Below the pieces are notes generated by a model that saw nothing but the letters and a program-made list of their open reading frames with translations, was not told where the DNA came from and did not search any database. From Octopus vulgaris (Eukaryota), in assembly GCA_951406725.2 (NCBI GenBank), contig OX597842.1, positions 7,750,001 through 7,814,000 on the forward strand: a stretch of 64,000 bases of DNA, read 5' to 3'. Of the stretch, positions 1 through 12,025 are shown piece after piece. The first letter of the stretch is position 1. Every line of letters starts with the position of its first letter. Position numbers and translations under genes: made by a program.

Positions 1-181
1 ATCAGTACCAGGGAATAGGGGAATAGATAAAGGTGTGCACAGCTTCCTGAACATATGATTGGTAACCGTACTTCAAATATCTCGTATATTTACCTGAGAA
101 TGTACATTGATTCAAATGTTAAGAATAATAAGAATTATTACAATAATAATAATGATAAAAATAATAACAGTGAAGACGATG

Positions 182-231
<50 letters not shown>

Positions 232-383
232 CGTATTACTTATATTATTAGTAAATATAAAAAGCCTATCTACACACCAACCCACCTGATTGCATGTTTG
301 TGCATTTTTATATGTAAATGTATATACACAAAACTCAAAGCCTGTATGTACATACATACATACACACATACACATATATATAT

Positions 384-470
<87 letters not shown>

Positions 471-716
471 TACATATATAAATATATGTATGTATATATA
501 TGTATATATACACACATAAATATGTATACACACTCATATATACTCATATACATACATACATGCATCATGGACACATTAGTTTCAATATACTAAGAACGCC
601 ACTGCTTTGCTAGACACAACTAATTCATAGCACTACATAATCTACCAGGTACAGGCAAACTAATGCATAATCAAACTAACAGGGGAGACAAGCAGGTTTA
701 TTTCAAACATGGAAAA

Positions 717-1025
717 TGCGAGAAGGACAAAGAAAACTACAGAAAGAAAAGAAAAACAAAACAAAATAAAACAAACCAAAACTGCTGTTTGACTTTGTAT
801 TTCTATATTTCGGGGCTATAACCCCTTCTTCAGGACATATGGCAAAGGTGAGGGATGGAAAAATAATTGCTTAGATGTATAACAATTTTTCCATCTCTCA
901 CCTTTTCCAAATGTCCTGAAGAAGGGGTTATGGCCCCGAAATATAGAAATAAAAGGTAAAACTGCAACTTTGGTTTGTTTTGTTTCCCTTTTCTTTTGTA
1001 GTTCTGACCTTACACTACAAATTTC

Positions 1026-1030
<5 letters not shown>
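717..1030. mobile_element. Palindromic Penelope-LTR-like module with hammerhead-like cores in both arms
   Basis: About 150-bp imperfect inverted arms centred near 875. Each arm carries gtcCTGAAGAaggggtta(t)(a/g)gccccGAAAtatag. The module abuts (TA)n. Confidence 0.55.
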
Positions 1031-1064
<34 letters not shown>

Positions 1065-1519
1065 TTTTGTGAAGATGTATGGTGTAGTGTTTAGGGAATT
1101 GTGGTCATATTCAGAAGATTTTGGTTTCAACTCGTAGACCTGGGTACACTGTGTTCTTGAGCAAAACACTTCATTTTATGTTGGTCCAGTTCACTCAACA
1201 GTAAATGATTAATCCTGCGATGGACTGGTGTCCTGTCCAGGGGGAATGGTGTGATCTCAGGCACTCATCTGCTAAGAAAATTGGGCAAATGGCTCCATGA
1301 ATCTGAGGGCTCAAAACAGTACTTTAAACACATACACACATGCACGTACATATACATGTACATATTTGCGCATGTGTATATATTATATATATGTGTGTGT
1401 ATACATACATATACATGTATATATATATATCATATATACTTCATATATGATATATACTATACTACTATACATATACTTATATATATATATTTATATACTA
1501 TGCATATATACTATACATT

Positions 1520-1630
<111 letters not shown>

Positions 1631-2170
1631 ATATAAACTATATGTAATATGTGTGTGTGTGTGTGTGTGTATTCTGCAAACATTTTTAGATACAATACAA
1701 GGGTACATCATTGTGCCATATGACATATCTTGGTGGAGCCCATCCTCATCTTTGTCTGGTCTGGTCTCCAGGCATAGAGACACACAGACAGACAGGCATA
1801 CAGAAAGAAGGAAAGGGTGAGAGAAAGTGTAGAGTGACTGGTATTTTAATTTTATTGACCCAGAAATGACAAAAGGCAATGTAGACCTTAGCATAATTTG
1901 AACTCAGACATCTCTGCTGACAGGCTACTTAGACTGGTCCCAGATGCATGTCTGAACCAAAGTTTTTTGAAAGTAGTGGGGTGTGGTTTGACGTTATCTG
2001 AATGTGTGTGTGTGTGTGTGTGAGGGAAGGGGGCATCTTCATCTAGAACCTCTAAATTTTTGGATGCTATCTGCAACGTTTAGTCTAACGATGAACTAAC
2101 GATGAACTAACAGAAGTACAGTTTCCAAAGCAAATGAAAGGGGACAGGCAAAGGATCAAGAATAACTCAC

Positions 2171-2185
2171 CCAAAGATTACTCAC
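2171..2185 (-). CDS. Syn: Probable alternative 15-nt extension of synapsin exon 5 (VSNLW)
   Basis: ATG|GTGAGTAATCTTTGG|GTGAGT: a second consensus donor lies 15 nt downstream, in frame and without a stop. Confidence 0.6.
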
Positions 2186-2275
2186 CATTTCCTTGTGGTT
2201 TGGATAATACGCTTGGTCGATCAATGGGAACTTGTCCGGTCCAAGTTTCTTTTGGATCTGGATTAAGTGTGCCAT
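2186..2275 (-). CDS. Syn: Synapsin exon 5 (90 nt); gene continues beyond window start
   Basis: ccacag|ATG GCA CAC...GAA ATG|gtgagt encodes MAHLIQIQKKLGPDKFPLIDQAYYPNHKEM, preceded by a long polypyrimidine tract. Confidence 0.96.
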
Positions 2276-2489
2276 CTGTGGGGAGAGAGGGGCAGTGAGA
2301 GAGAAAGAGAGAGAGAGAGGGGAGGAGGAGGAGGAGGGAAATACAGAGAGATGGGAGAAGGATGTGGGAGAGAAAGAGTGATGTTGTACAAGTGAGAGGG
2401 AGGGAGTTTTATGGATGGCTAGACTGACAAAATCTGGTTGATTGGAAGATATATTTATAGACACAGATGAGTAATTTTCTAAATAGATC

Positions 2490-2683
2490 AACAGATAGGT
2501 AGACAGGCAGACAGACAGGTAGCTAGATAGATAGATAGGGAGAGAAAGAGAGAGAGAAAGATAGACAGAGAGATAGACACACAACAGATAAATTGATAGG
2601 CAGAAAGGTAGATAGATAAGTAGATAGACAGATAGACAGAAAGAGAAAAATGACAGTCAGATATATGATTCCACATATATACA

Positions 2684-2719
<36 letters not shown>

Positions 2720-2721
2720 TG

Positions 2722-2752
<31 letters not shown>

Positions 2753-2770
2753 GTGTATATATATATATAT

Positions 2771-2821
<51 letters not shown>

Positions 2822-2888
2822 TAAAGATAGATAGACAGATACATGCATAAAGACAGACAGACAGACAAACAGATAGATAGATATATAA

Positions 2889-2920
<32 letters not shown>

Positions 2921-3002
2921 GTAAGTAGATAGATAGATATATAAACAGATAGATAAATAGATAGATAGATAGACACATAGATAGATAGACAGATAGATAG
3001 AC

Positions 3003-3053
<51 letters not shown>

Positions 3054-3074
3054 TAAGATAGATATATAAATTAG

Positions 3075-3140
<66 letters not shown>

Positions 3141-3145
3141 GACAG
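2490..3145. repeat. (TAGA)n/(CAGA)n/(CATA)n compound microsatellite filling synapsin intron 4
   Basis: Directly visible. Confidence 0.95.
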
Positions 3146-3195
3146 CTGGAGAGGAAGAGAAATGTTTCAGGGAGGCAGTAGAGAATTTGACTTAC

Positions 3196-3346
3196 CACCC
3201 AAGGTTTATCTTGAAAGTTGTAAATGGAATCCATAGAATTAATACTAGGAACACCGCCATAATGGAACCCCATGATCAAGTTACGCCAGTCCTCACAAGC
3301 GTCACGCACATGTTGTCTGACGAGCACAAAGTCTGGCTTGAAAGAC
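3196..3346 (-). CDS. Syn: Synapsin exon 4 (151 nt)
   Basis: ctgtgcag|G TCT TTC AAG...TGG GTG|gtaagt encodes (R)SFKPDFVLVRQHVRDACEDWRNLIMGFHYGGVPSINSMDSIYNFQDKPWV. Most of this is visible at the start of ORF 2488..3327. Confidence 0.97.
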
Positions 3347-3500
3347 CTGCACAGAGAGAAAATAGGAAACTTGGTGATAATGAAATTAAATAAAGGAAAT
3401 TGTTTTTAATTTAGGCAAAGAACCAGGAATTTGGTGGAATGAACGATGGGGGATTAAATCAGTCTCTGAACTAAGCATTCGGAATGGATGTCTGGTTTAA

Positions 3501-3720
3501 CCCTTTAATGTTTAAACATGCCATATCAGGCCCAGATATGCTACATGTTTTATATTCAAACTGGTGGTATCTGGCCTCTCACACCTAACCTACATTGACA
3601 TCCTAAAATAAACAATCACATCATTGAAACCTCAAAGCTATGAGATAATGCATAATTTAATTCAAAACAATTTGAGTGAAAAAGTATTACATTTAACAGA
3701 GTAATCTGAACACTAAAGGG
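3501..3720. mobile_element. piggyBac-type MITE
   Basis: TTAA|CCCTTTAATGTTTAAA ... TCTGAACACTAAAGGG|TTAA, showing CCC/GGG ends and a TTAA duplication. Confidence 0.75.
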
Positions 3721-4139
3721 TTAAGGATATGTTCCACTAACAAACTGGGAAGACTCAGTATGAGGCTGTCTCAAAGGATGCCACTAGAATTGGGATAATA
3801 TTGTTTTTATTAGGCATGGCTGTGTGGTAAGAAGCTTGCTTCCAGAAGGGAAGGGCAATACAGATCTACGTAGAGATGCTGGATGACCAGAGGGAGGAGC
3901 CCATGCCCTGGACAGAGGACGAGGTGCAGCCTTTGTAGGTGACTATGAAGGTCATATTGGATGTCGCTATAGTCAGGGTGATGAACACCTTCTCAAAGGA
4001 CATGTTTAGATATGCCTTCTGTGGCCCCGACCTGGAGCCTAAGGGAAGCGTACAGCCTAGTCGGGAGGGAGGATGATTGAGCTTTGTGTATAGTATTTAT
4101 AAATATTATATGTTATATATATTATATTTTATATTCATC

Positions 4140-4706
4140 TTTCATTTTCATCTTCCTTGGCTCCAAAATAAATCGAGATGGTGACTGCACTCCAGAAATA
4201 AGATGGTGGATAGTACTAGGCAGAGAGGCAATGGTCAGCATGAGGAGGGTCTGGAAGAGTAGAGACATCAGACTCGCTACCAAATGCAGATTGGTGAATG
4301 CAATTGTCTTCCCAATAGCAACATATGGATGCGAGACCTGGACACTAAAGAAAGCTGACCAGAAGAGAATTAATGCATTGGAGAAGACTTTTACGGATTC
4401 CATGGACAGCGAGGCTCACCAGTTCTTAAGCAGATAAGGCCGAAAATGTCGCTAGAAGCCAGGATCACCAAGCATAGATTGACATATTTTGGCCATATTA
4501 TGCGGAGAAAATCCCTGGAGAAGGACATCATGCTCGGAATGGTCATTGGCAAGAGAGGAAGAGGCCGACCAAGAACCCGCTGGCTTGACACCATCAAGAG
4601 TGATACCGGAATGGACATAACCAATCTGAAAGGATAGAACTGACTGGAGGACACTGATCCATCGAGTAACTGAGAGTCGACTTCGACTGAGCGGATAGAT
4701 AGATAT
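4140..4706 (+). mobile_element. 5'-truncated RTE/BovB-like LINE
   Basis: FIFLGSKINRDGDCTPEI...YGCETWTLKKAD and LTYFGHIMRR...GKRGRGRPRTRWLD, frameshifted, with a (TAGA) tail. Confidence 0.9.
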
Positions 4707-4899
4707 ATGTAATTATTACTATGTTGTTGTTTGTAATGGACTGTTAAGTCCAAAAATTGAAAAGTTGTAAAAGTTGTAAGAGGTTTAATACCTCGTTTTG
4801 TGTTTGGTTTTAAAGAACAATGTTTTAGAGAAGCAGAAGTCCAGCCCACAAAGCTACTTTACTCTATGTACAGCCTTTATGGCAAATATAATGAAATAA

Positions 4900-5692
4900 A
4901 GAGGCTTGCTTCCCAACCACATGGTTCTGGGTTCAGTTCCTCTGCAAAGCACCTTGGACAAGTGTTTTCTACTATAGCTTCAGGCTGACAAAAAACTTGT
5001 GAGAGGATTTGGGAGATGGAAACTGAAAGAAGCTTGTTGTATGTACACATATATATGTTTGTGAGTCTTTGTGTCTGTGTTTGTCCGCCCCACTATTGGT
5101 TGACAACTGGTGCTGGTGTGTTAACGTCTCTGTAACTTAGTGCTTCAGAAAAAGTGACCAACATCATCATCATCATTGTTCGACCGTGGTCGAGACAATG
5201 GAATTTACCATGCTACGCCAGACTTCACGGTCCATCATGGCATTACGGAGATCCTGTTGCTGGATGCCTGTATCCCTGGAGATTACGTCAGGGTAGGAGA
5301 GTGTGCGCCCTCTGGTATCGCGAGCAGATGGCTTCCAGAGGAGAAGAGTAGAAATTATCTCTTTTTCAGCTCTACAACAATGTCCAGCAAACTGGACTCT
5401 CCTACCTTTCATAAGAGATGACACATGTGGTAGTTTCCCATATATTTGCATTTTGGTTGGATGGCGCTTCCACGAGAGATTTTGAGCTCTCATAAGGAGG
5501 CGAGCGTAGGTTCCATCCAACTGCCTCTCAAGCTTCTTTGATAGCGTCCAGGTTTCTGAATAGGTACCAGGCTTGTAAAAAATATAAGCACCGGGATGGG
5601 GGTGGCGGGGTGATACATTTAACTAAAAAGTCTTCCAAGCAGTGCCCCAGCATGGCCACAGTCATATGTCTGAAGCAAGTAAAAGGTAAAAG
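4900..5692 (+). mobile_element. SINE family A, split by RTE insertion
   Basis: Head and body at 4900-5159, tail at 5558-5692. Confidence 0.75.
5160..5557 (-). mobile_element. 5'-truncated RTE-type LINE nested in a SINE
   Basis: DGTYARLLMRAQNLSWKRHPT...RRVQFAGHCCR...AMMDREVWR with a (TGA)n tail. It interrupts the family A SINE at 4900-5692. Confidence 0.82.
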
Positions 5693-5710
5693 ACATGGAG
5701 TAACTCTACA

Positions 5711-6120
5711 TTAAGCCCTGGAATGTGCAACTTCCTGCAAGTCAGACTTCCTCAAGGCCCCAGCAGACAAAATGGAAAAGGTGATGCCCCAGAATATGGC
5801 AAGGAATATGTGTTTGAACAGCCACTCAGACTCACAGGAGTCACACTTGCGAACAACATCTCTGTCCTGGTAGTGGTGAGCAAGGATACAGTCTGGGGGC
5901 CAAGACACCAGAGTCTCCACTGCCACAGGCTCAACTATAAACTTGTCAGAGAGCAAATATGGTCTGGGGACCAAGAATGCTAGGGGTTTCCACTGCTACA
6001 GGCCGGCACTTTATTTATTGTCTTGGTAAAACAAGCAATTGGTTGTTTGTCAAAGACCTTATGCCAATATCTTGCAACCTCATCAAGGACACGTCTCCTC
6101 CCTTCAAGGTCTGCCTTAAA
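5711..6120 (-). mobile_element. Degenerate CRE-like (restriction-like endonuclease) non-LTR fragment
   Basis: FIVEPVAVETLVSW...SEWLFKHIFLAIFWG resembles the PxAVETxGxW...FQRxSxAxxRGN C-terminus of CRE-clade elements. Confidence 0.55.
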
Positions 6121-6608
6121 CAAACAGTTGATTAGTTGGTTAGATTGACTAACCAATTGACTAACAATAAAGAAAGGATATTGAACTCATTTCTACAGCT
6201 GAGTGAACTGGAGCAATGTGAAATAAATTGTCTTGCTCAAGAACACAATATGCAGACCAGTCCAGGATTTGAACTCACAATCTCATGATTGTAAGCTCGT
6301 TGCTCTAACCATTGAGCTATGCACCTTGTACAGCAAGTTTCTTCTTTAAGTTTTTGTCTTCTAAATCCACTCACAAGGCTTTGGTCAGTTTAAGGAAACG
6401 TAGGGTTCCACAAGGTGGGATTGAACCCAAAACCATGTGGTTGGGCAGCACACTTCTAACCACACAACCACACCAGCACCTCATCATAATGATCAATTGG
6501 AAATAAATCTGATTTGCTCCTGTAACCTGGGGCAAATAATACCACCACCACCACCACCACCACCACCATCATGAACAAGAACAGTAGAGTACAAGCAGTG
6601 CCACCTAC

Positions 6609-6700
6609 CTGACAACTCTGGTGCCATTCCGCAATACTTGAATGTCGACCATGGTCCCTTGGTCTGTGTAGGCAGCAACATTGATTTCAGGAAACTCTGC
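6609..6700 (-). CDS. Syn: Synapsin exon 3 (92 nt)
   Basis: cttccag|GCA GAG TTT...GTT GTC AG|gtaggt encodes AEFPEINVAAYTDQGTMVDIQVLRNGTRVV(R). Confidence 0.96.
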
Positions 6701-6763
6701 CTGGAAGGGCATGGAAAGGTTGGTGACTTGAAGAAAGAAAACCTTTTCTCAAACATGCCTGCA

Positions 6764-6827
<64 letters not shown>

Positions 6828-7162
6828 AGAGGAATAAACACATATGCAGACTTACATACGCACACAGATAAGAATAGACACACACACTTATATACAAACA
6901 CACACATATGCACAGACATATATATGCACAGTCACACACACACACACCTGTACAGAAACAAACATATAGATACACATACATATACACGCACACAGATACA
7001 TATACACATTGACTAACATATATACACAGACACATATGTACACAAGTATATACAAAGACATACACACACACACACATACACCCTGATAAATGCACACAGA
7101 CACACATGTTCTCACACACACACAAACACACACATACACACACACATTCTGTATATTTCTCA

Positions 7163-8850
7163 ACCTTATATCTGATACATGAAGTCACCCATAGTCCAAT
7201 CCTAACACACACACCTACCCTGGGTACCTCAGAACCTTACTCTGATACACACACTGGGTATTTCAGAGTTCCAAACCTTACACAACCAAGCCTGGGGTGC
7301 TAGGGAGCTCTACCTTGAACACACATATCTACCCTGGGTACACCAAAGCTTCAATCCTTACACACCCATATCTAGTGTATTATGAAATCCCACCCTGAAC
7401 ACACACACACAACAAACATACCCTGAGTACTCCAGAGTCTCAATCCTTACCCACCCATACTTGGGGCACTAAGACACCCCCACCCTGAACACATATGCAA
7501 CGTATGTACCCTGGGTACTCCAAATCCCCATACCTGAGTGTTATGGAGCCCCACCCTGATCATACACACAATATGCCTACCCTGGGTACTCCAGAATCCC
7601 ATGTCTCAAATATCTGCATTTGGGGTGCTAGGGAGCCCTGCACTGAACACAACATATCTACCTTGAGTGGAGCCTCAATCCTTACACCTTATATCTGATA
7701 CATGAAGTCACCCATAGTCCAATCCTAACACACACACCTACCCTGGGTACCTCAGAACCTTACTCTGATACACACACTGGGTATTTCAGAGTTCCAAACC
7801 TTACACAACCAAGCCTGGGGTGCTAGGGAGCTCTACCTTGAACACACATATCTACCCTGGGTACACCAAAGCTTCAATCCTTACACACCCATATCTAGTG
7901 TATTATGAAATCCCACCCTGAACACACACACACAACAAACATACCCTGAGTACTCCAGAGTCTCAATCCTTACCCACCCATACTTGGGGCACTAAGACAC
8001 CCCCACCCTGAACACATATGCAACGTATGTACCCTGGGTACTCCAAATCCCCATACCTGAGTGTTATGGAGCCCCACCCTGATCATACACACAATATGCC
8101 TACCCTGGGTACTCCAGAATCCCATGTCTCAAATATCTGCATTTGGGGTGCTAGGGAGCCCTGCACTGAACACAACATATCTACCTTGAGTGGAGCCTCA
8201 ATCCTTACACACTAATATTTGGTGTGTTAGGGAGCCCTACTTTGAACACACATATAACACACCTACCCTGGGTATTCTAGTCCCAATTCTTACACACCCT
8301 GAATACACATAACATATCTACCCCAGATACTCCGGAGCCATAAACCTTACACACCCATTCTTGGGTGTAATGGAGTCCCATTCTTATTTCTTTTTGCCCA
8401 CAAGGGGCTAAACATAGAGGGGACAAACAAGGACAGACAAACGGATTAAGTCGATTACATCGACCCCAGTGCACAACTGGTACTTAATTTATCAACCCCG
8501 AAAGGATGAAAGGCAAAGTCAACCTCGGCGGAATTTGAACTCAGAACGTAACGGCAGACGAAATACCGCTAAGCATTTCGCCTGGCATGCTAACGTTTCC
8601 GCCAGCTCGCTGCCTTATGGAGTCCCGTTCTGATCTTACACATGACAAACCTACCGTGGGTACTTCAGGACTCCAGACCTAACACATCCAAATTTGGGGT
8701 GTTAGCAATCCAGACCCTGATCACACACACAACATATCATCTACTCTGGGTACTTCAGAGTGGCACTTCTGACATAAATATACCCAAGGTACACCTAATT
8801 TCCCCACTAGCACCCACACATATATGCCACCCGTATCCCATCCGGGGTAC
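7163..8850. repeat. Degenerate ~60-70 bp minisatellite in synapsin intron 2, including an apparently exact 523-bp tandem duplication (7163-7685 / 7686-8208)
   Basis: Recurrent ctaccctgggtact / atccttacaca / ccctgaacacaca blocks. ORFs 7495 and 8018 have matching translations and lie 523 bp apart. Confidence 0.9.
8384..8614 (-). mobile_element. tRNA-derived SINE family B
   Basis: Head GGC(G/A)GCGAGCTGGC..., B box GAGTTCAAATTCC, core GCCTTTCATCCTTTCGGGGT.GATAAATTAAGTACC. TSD atggagtccc(a/g)ttc. Confidence 0.85.
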
Positions 8851-8854
8851 TCAC

Positions 8855-8912
8855 CTGCTCTATGCGTATGTCCCAGTCACCAAATAGCTTCTTACCGCGG
8901 AAATATTTCGAC
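8855..8912 (-). CDS. Syn: Synapsin exon 2 (58 nt)
   Basis: ttgacag|G TCG AAA TAT...GAG CAG|gtgagt encodes (W)SKYFRGKKLFGDWDIRIEQ. The phase matches exon 1. Confidence 0.96.
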
Positions 8913-9671
8913 CTGTCAATTAAGAAGAGAGGAAATAAGAAAGAGTGAAGAAGATGCGTACATTTAGAGGTAACCGGGTTTGTCCCACCCTCATCATCAT
9001 CATTGTAACTTATAGTTTCTTACTCTTTGAAATACCAAATTCTGCTCCTTCCGTTAATGACTACCTCCCCATCTCTCGTTATTTTATGTTAACAAGGGAG
9101 CCTCAACGTGGTCGCCCTGTCTCCTAGAAACAGCAGCTAAATCTTCCTACAAATCACACTTTTTCAACTTACATAAAAATGTACATTGTGGATATCGATG
9201 TATAAAAAGATGGGATGGTCACTGGATATGGACTGACTTGGGGTTAAGCAACAACAACATCAACTGTAACCACTAATACTAACTACTATACTGTACTACT
9301 ATACTATACTACTATACTATATTCTACTATACTATATTCTCCGTTTTTTTGTTTGGTTATTTTTTTGTCTTTGTTGCCGTACACATTCGCTAGCTTTCTT
9401 ACAAAGGGGTCTAATGCCTTTAGCTTAGACTTTTTGGGGGGCAACCAGATTGAACGATCTCAAGTGTAATTGCCTGAAATGGTTGTGACTTCTGAAACTG
9501 GCTGAGGAAAGAAAGCCACGAATGACCTGTCTTTTTTTGCCTGTCCTTCTAATTGTTGTTTCTCTTATCCTTCTTTGTATCATCTATCTTTCCGGATATT
9601 TTATTGTCTTCTATTGTGTTTTTGTTTCAGTTTGATATTTATGAGCATGATCATTGAATGAGCTACAAACT

Positions 9672-10056
9672 GGCCTCCGTGCCGGTGGCAAGTAAAAAGC
9701 ACCACTCGAGCGTGATCATTACCTGCATCGCCTTACTGGCACTTGTGCTGGTGACACGTGAAAAAACATTCGATCGAGGTCATTGCCAGTGCTGCTGGAC
9801 TGACTCCTGTGCAGGTGGCACATAAAAAGCAAAATTTGAGCATAGCCGTTGCCAGTACCACCTGACTGGCCCTCGTGCAGGTGGCACGTAAAAGCATCCA
9901 CTACACTCTTGGAGTGGTTGGCATTAGGAAGAGCATCCAGCTGTAGAAACTCTGCCAGATCAAGATTGGAGCCTGGTGCAGCCATCTGGTTTGCCAGACC
10001 TCAGTCAAATCATCCAACCCATGGAAAGCAGATGGTAAACGATAATGATGATGATG
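9672..10056 (+). mobile_element. Retroposon family D: internal GGTGGCACGTAAAAAGCAC repeats, (GAT)n tail
   Basis: Conserved block GGTTGGC.TTAGGAAG(G/A)GCATCCAGCTGTAGAAAC. Copies at 24878-25135, 29290-29640, 35091-35320, 54048-54340, 56788-57190 and 60705-60870, plus fragments. Confidence 0.75.
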
Positions 10057-10281
10057 ATATATATATATATTTTCTCAACACTCAGTTTCCATCAAGGAAA
10101 TTATCACTGAAGATCTCTGTTGGCCCAGACCCGTGGTGGAATGTGGTGGAACATGTCCACCAAAGGTTCCACACTGCAATGGCTGAAGTAACAGATAAAA
10201 GGTAGCATGTGTATTAACTGCAGTTTTGCATTCAGCAACAAACTTGCTAACGGCAATTACTGTCAGAAAATGCAACAGTTA

Positions 10282-10704
10282 GGCAGAGGAGTGGCTGTGT
10301 GGTAAGTAGCTTGCTTACCAACCACATGGTTCCGGGTTCAGTCCCACTGCATGGCACCATGGGCAAGTGTCTTCTACTATAGCCTTGGGCTGACCAAAGG
10401 CTTGTGAGTAGATTTGGTAGACGGAAACTGAAAGAAGCCCGTTGTATATATGTATATGTAGCTATATATGTGTGTGTGTATATGTTTGTGTGTCTGTGCT
10501 TGTCCCCCAACATCGCTTGACAACCGATGCTGGTGTGTTTATGTCCCCGTAACTTAGCGGTTCGGCGAAAGAGACTGCTAGAATAAGTACTAGATGTACA
10601 AAGAATAAGTCCTGGGGTTGATTTGCTCAGCTAAAGGCAGTGCTCCAGCATGGCCACAGTCAAATGACTGAAACAAGTAAAAGAGTAAAAGAGAGTAAAG
10701 AGAG
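10282..10704 (+). mobile_element. tRNA-derived SINE family A, full length (reference copy)
   Basis: Head GGAGTGGCTGTGTGGTAAG (A box) ... GGTTCAGTCCC (B box), an internal TA/TG microsatellite, and tail CAAGTAAAAGAGTAAAAGAG. More than 15 copies in the window. Confidence 0.85.
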
Positions 10705-11811
10705 TTGTAGTTAGCATATTAGCATGTGTGCCGTTAATGTGCGATTGTTGGTGGCGCAGAAGTTAATGAAGCAGATATACACTGCATTGACAGAATGCAG
10801 TCGTTGGCACTGGAAGTGCAGTAGGTATATTCTGCATTGTCAGAGTACAGTTGCAGGTGCTGGAAATGTAATAGATTATATTCTGCATTGTCAGAATGCA
10901 ATTATTGGTGCTGGAAGTGCAGTAGATATATGCTGCATTGTTAACATGCAGTTGTTTGCATCAGAATTGCAGTAGCACAAACGTTCCTGTCAACTTGAAT
11001 TTGTTAAAGCAGTTTGACATTGAAAAGTGCAATTGATGCTTTTATCTTCAAAATCTGTGTGCATTTGGTGCATCACTGATTGAAAAAGAAACTGCAGCTG
11101 CTGCAGTTATACTAACATGAACGTGCATCTGGTGCATTGCAAGATTAAGATAAAACTGCAGCTAGCATATTTGATATTGATAGTAATAGCAGCTGGCTAA
11201 TTCATTGATGAAAGCAAATCTGCAGTTGATGCACATTTTGTTGCAGGTTGTATTCTTATAAACTGCATTATGTGAGCATGTGTTGTAGTAGGAGTCTTAA
11301 CAGTTGCTGTGCAGATGTTAGAGATGCAGTTGTCATTGCATAAGTCGCTTATAACATAACAGCAATTGGTGCACCAAACACCATAACTGCAATAGGGTGC
11401 AGTTGCTTCAGTTTATCAGTTGTGGCTGCATGGTAAAGTCGTTTGCCTTGCAACCAAGTGATTTGGAGTTCAGTCCTACTGTGTGACACCTTTGGTGGAC
11501 GCGTTCCACCACATTCCACCACAGGCCTGGGCCAACAGAGATCTTCAGTGACAATTACTTTGATCGAAAATGAGTGCTGAGAAGATATATATATATATAT
11601 ATATATATACTTTTAAGCCTTTGAACATTTTTTCAACCAACGTATCCCTTTTATTAGTTCTCTACTTATTTCTTTAACCCTTCTCTTCCTAGTATCTACC
11701 TTTGATGTCAAATCTACTAACAGTTTTTTAAAACACCTAATAACGTTCTGTTTATCATGTAGGCAGTCATTGTAATTGTTATATCTTGTTGTTGAGAGAG
11801 GCTCTCTCTTT

Positions 11812-11893
11812 CTTTCCTGATGAGAAGATTGCATTTTACACCGTTTATTCCTTTGGAATAATACCATGTTGTCTTCGAAACATATGTCGAAAG
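11812..11893 (+). ncRNA. Type I hammerhead ribozyme motif, canonical core
   Basis: ctttc CTGATGA gaagat...gtcttc GAAA catatg TC gaaag. Stem I is ctttc/gaaag, stem II gaagat/gtcttc, and stem III the palindrome ACATATGT. Predicted GUC cleavage is after 11888. Confidence 0.8.
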
Positions 11894-11959
11894 TAAAAGA
11901 ATTTTAATAACATCTCCATTTATTTACTTATAAAACAAATAACAACAGATAGATTGTAG

Positions 11960-12025
11960 TTCACTACAACTGTTTCAGACATATTTTTTTTATTGATGAA
12001 TAAAACCCCATTTTCATCAGGTGAA
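11960..12025 (-). ncRNA. Type I hammerhead motif, degenerate stem II
   Basis: Minus strand: ttcac CTGATGA ... GAAA cagttg TA gtgaa. Stem I is perfect, stem III is quasi-palindromic, and stem II pairs poorly. Confidence 0.6.
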
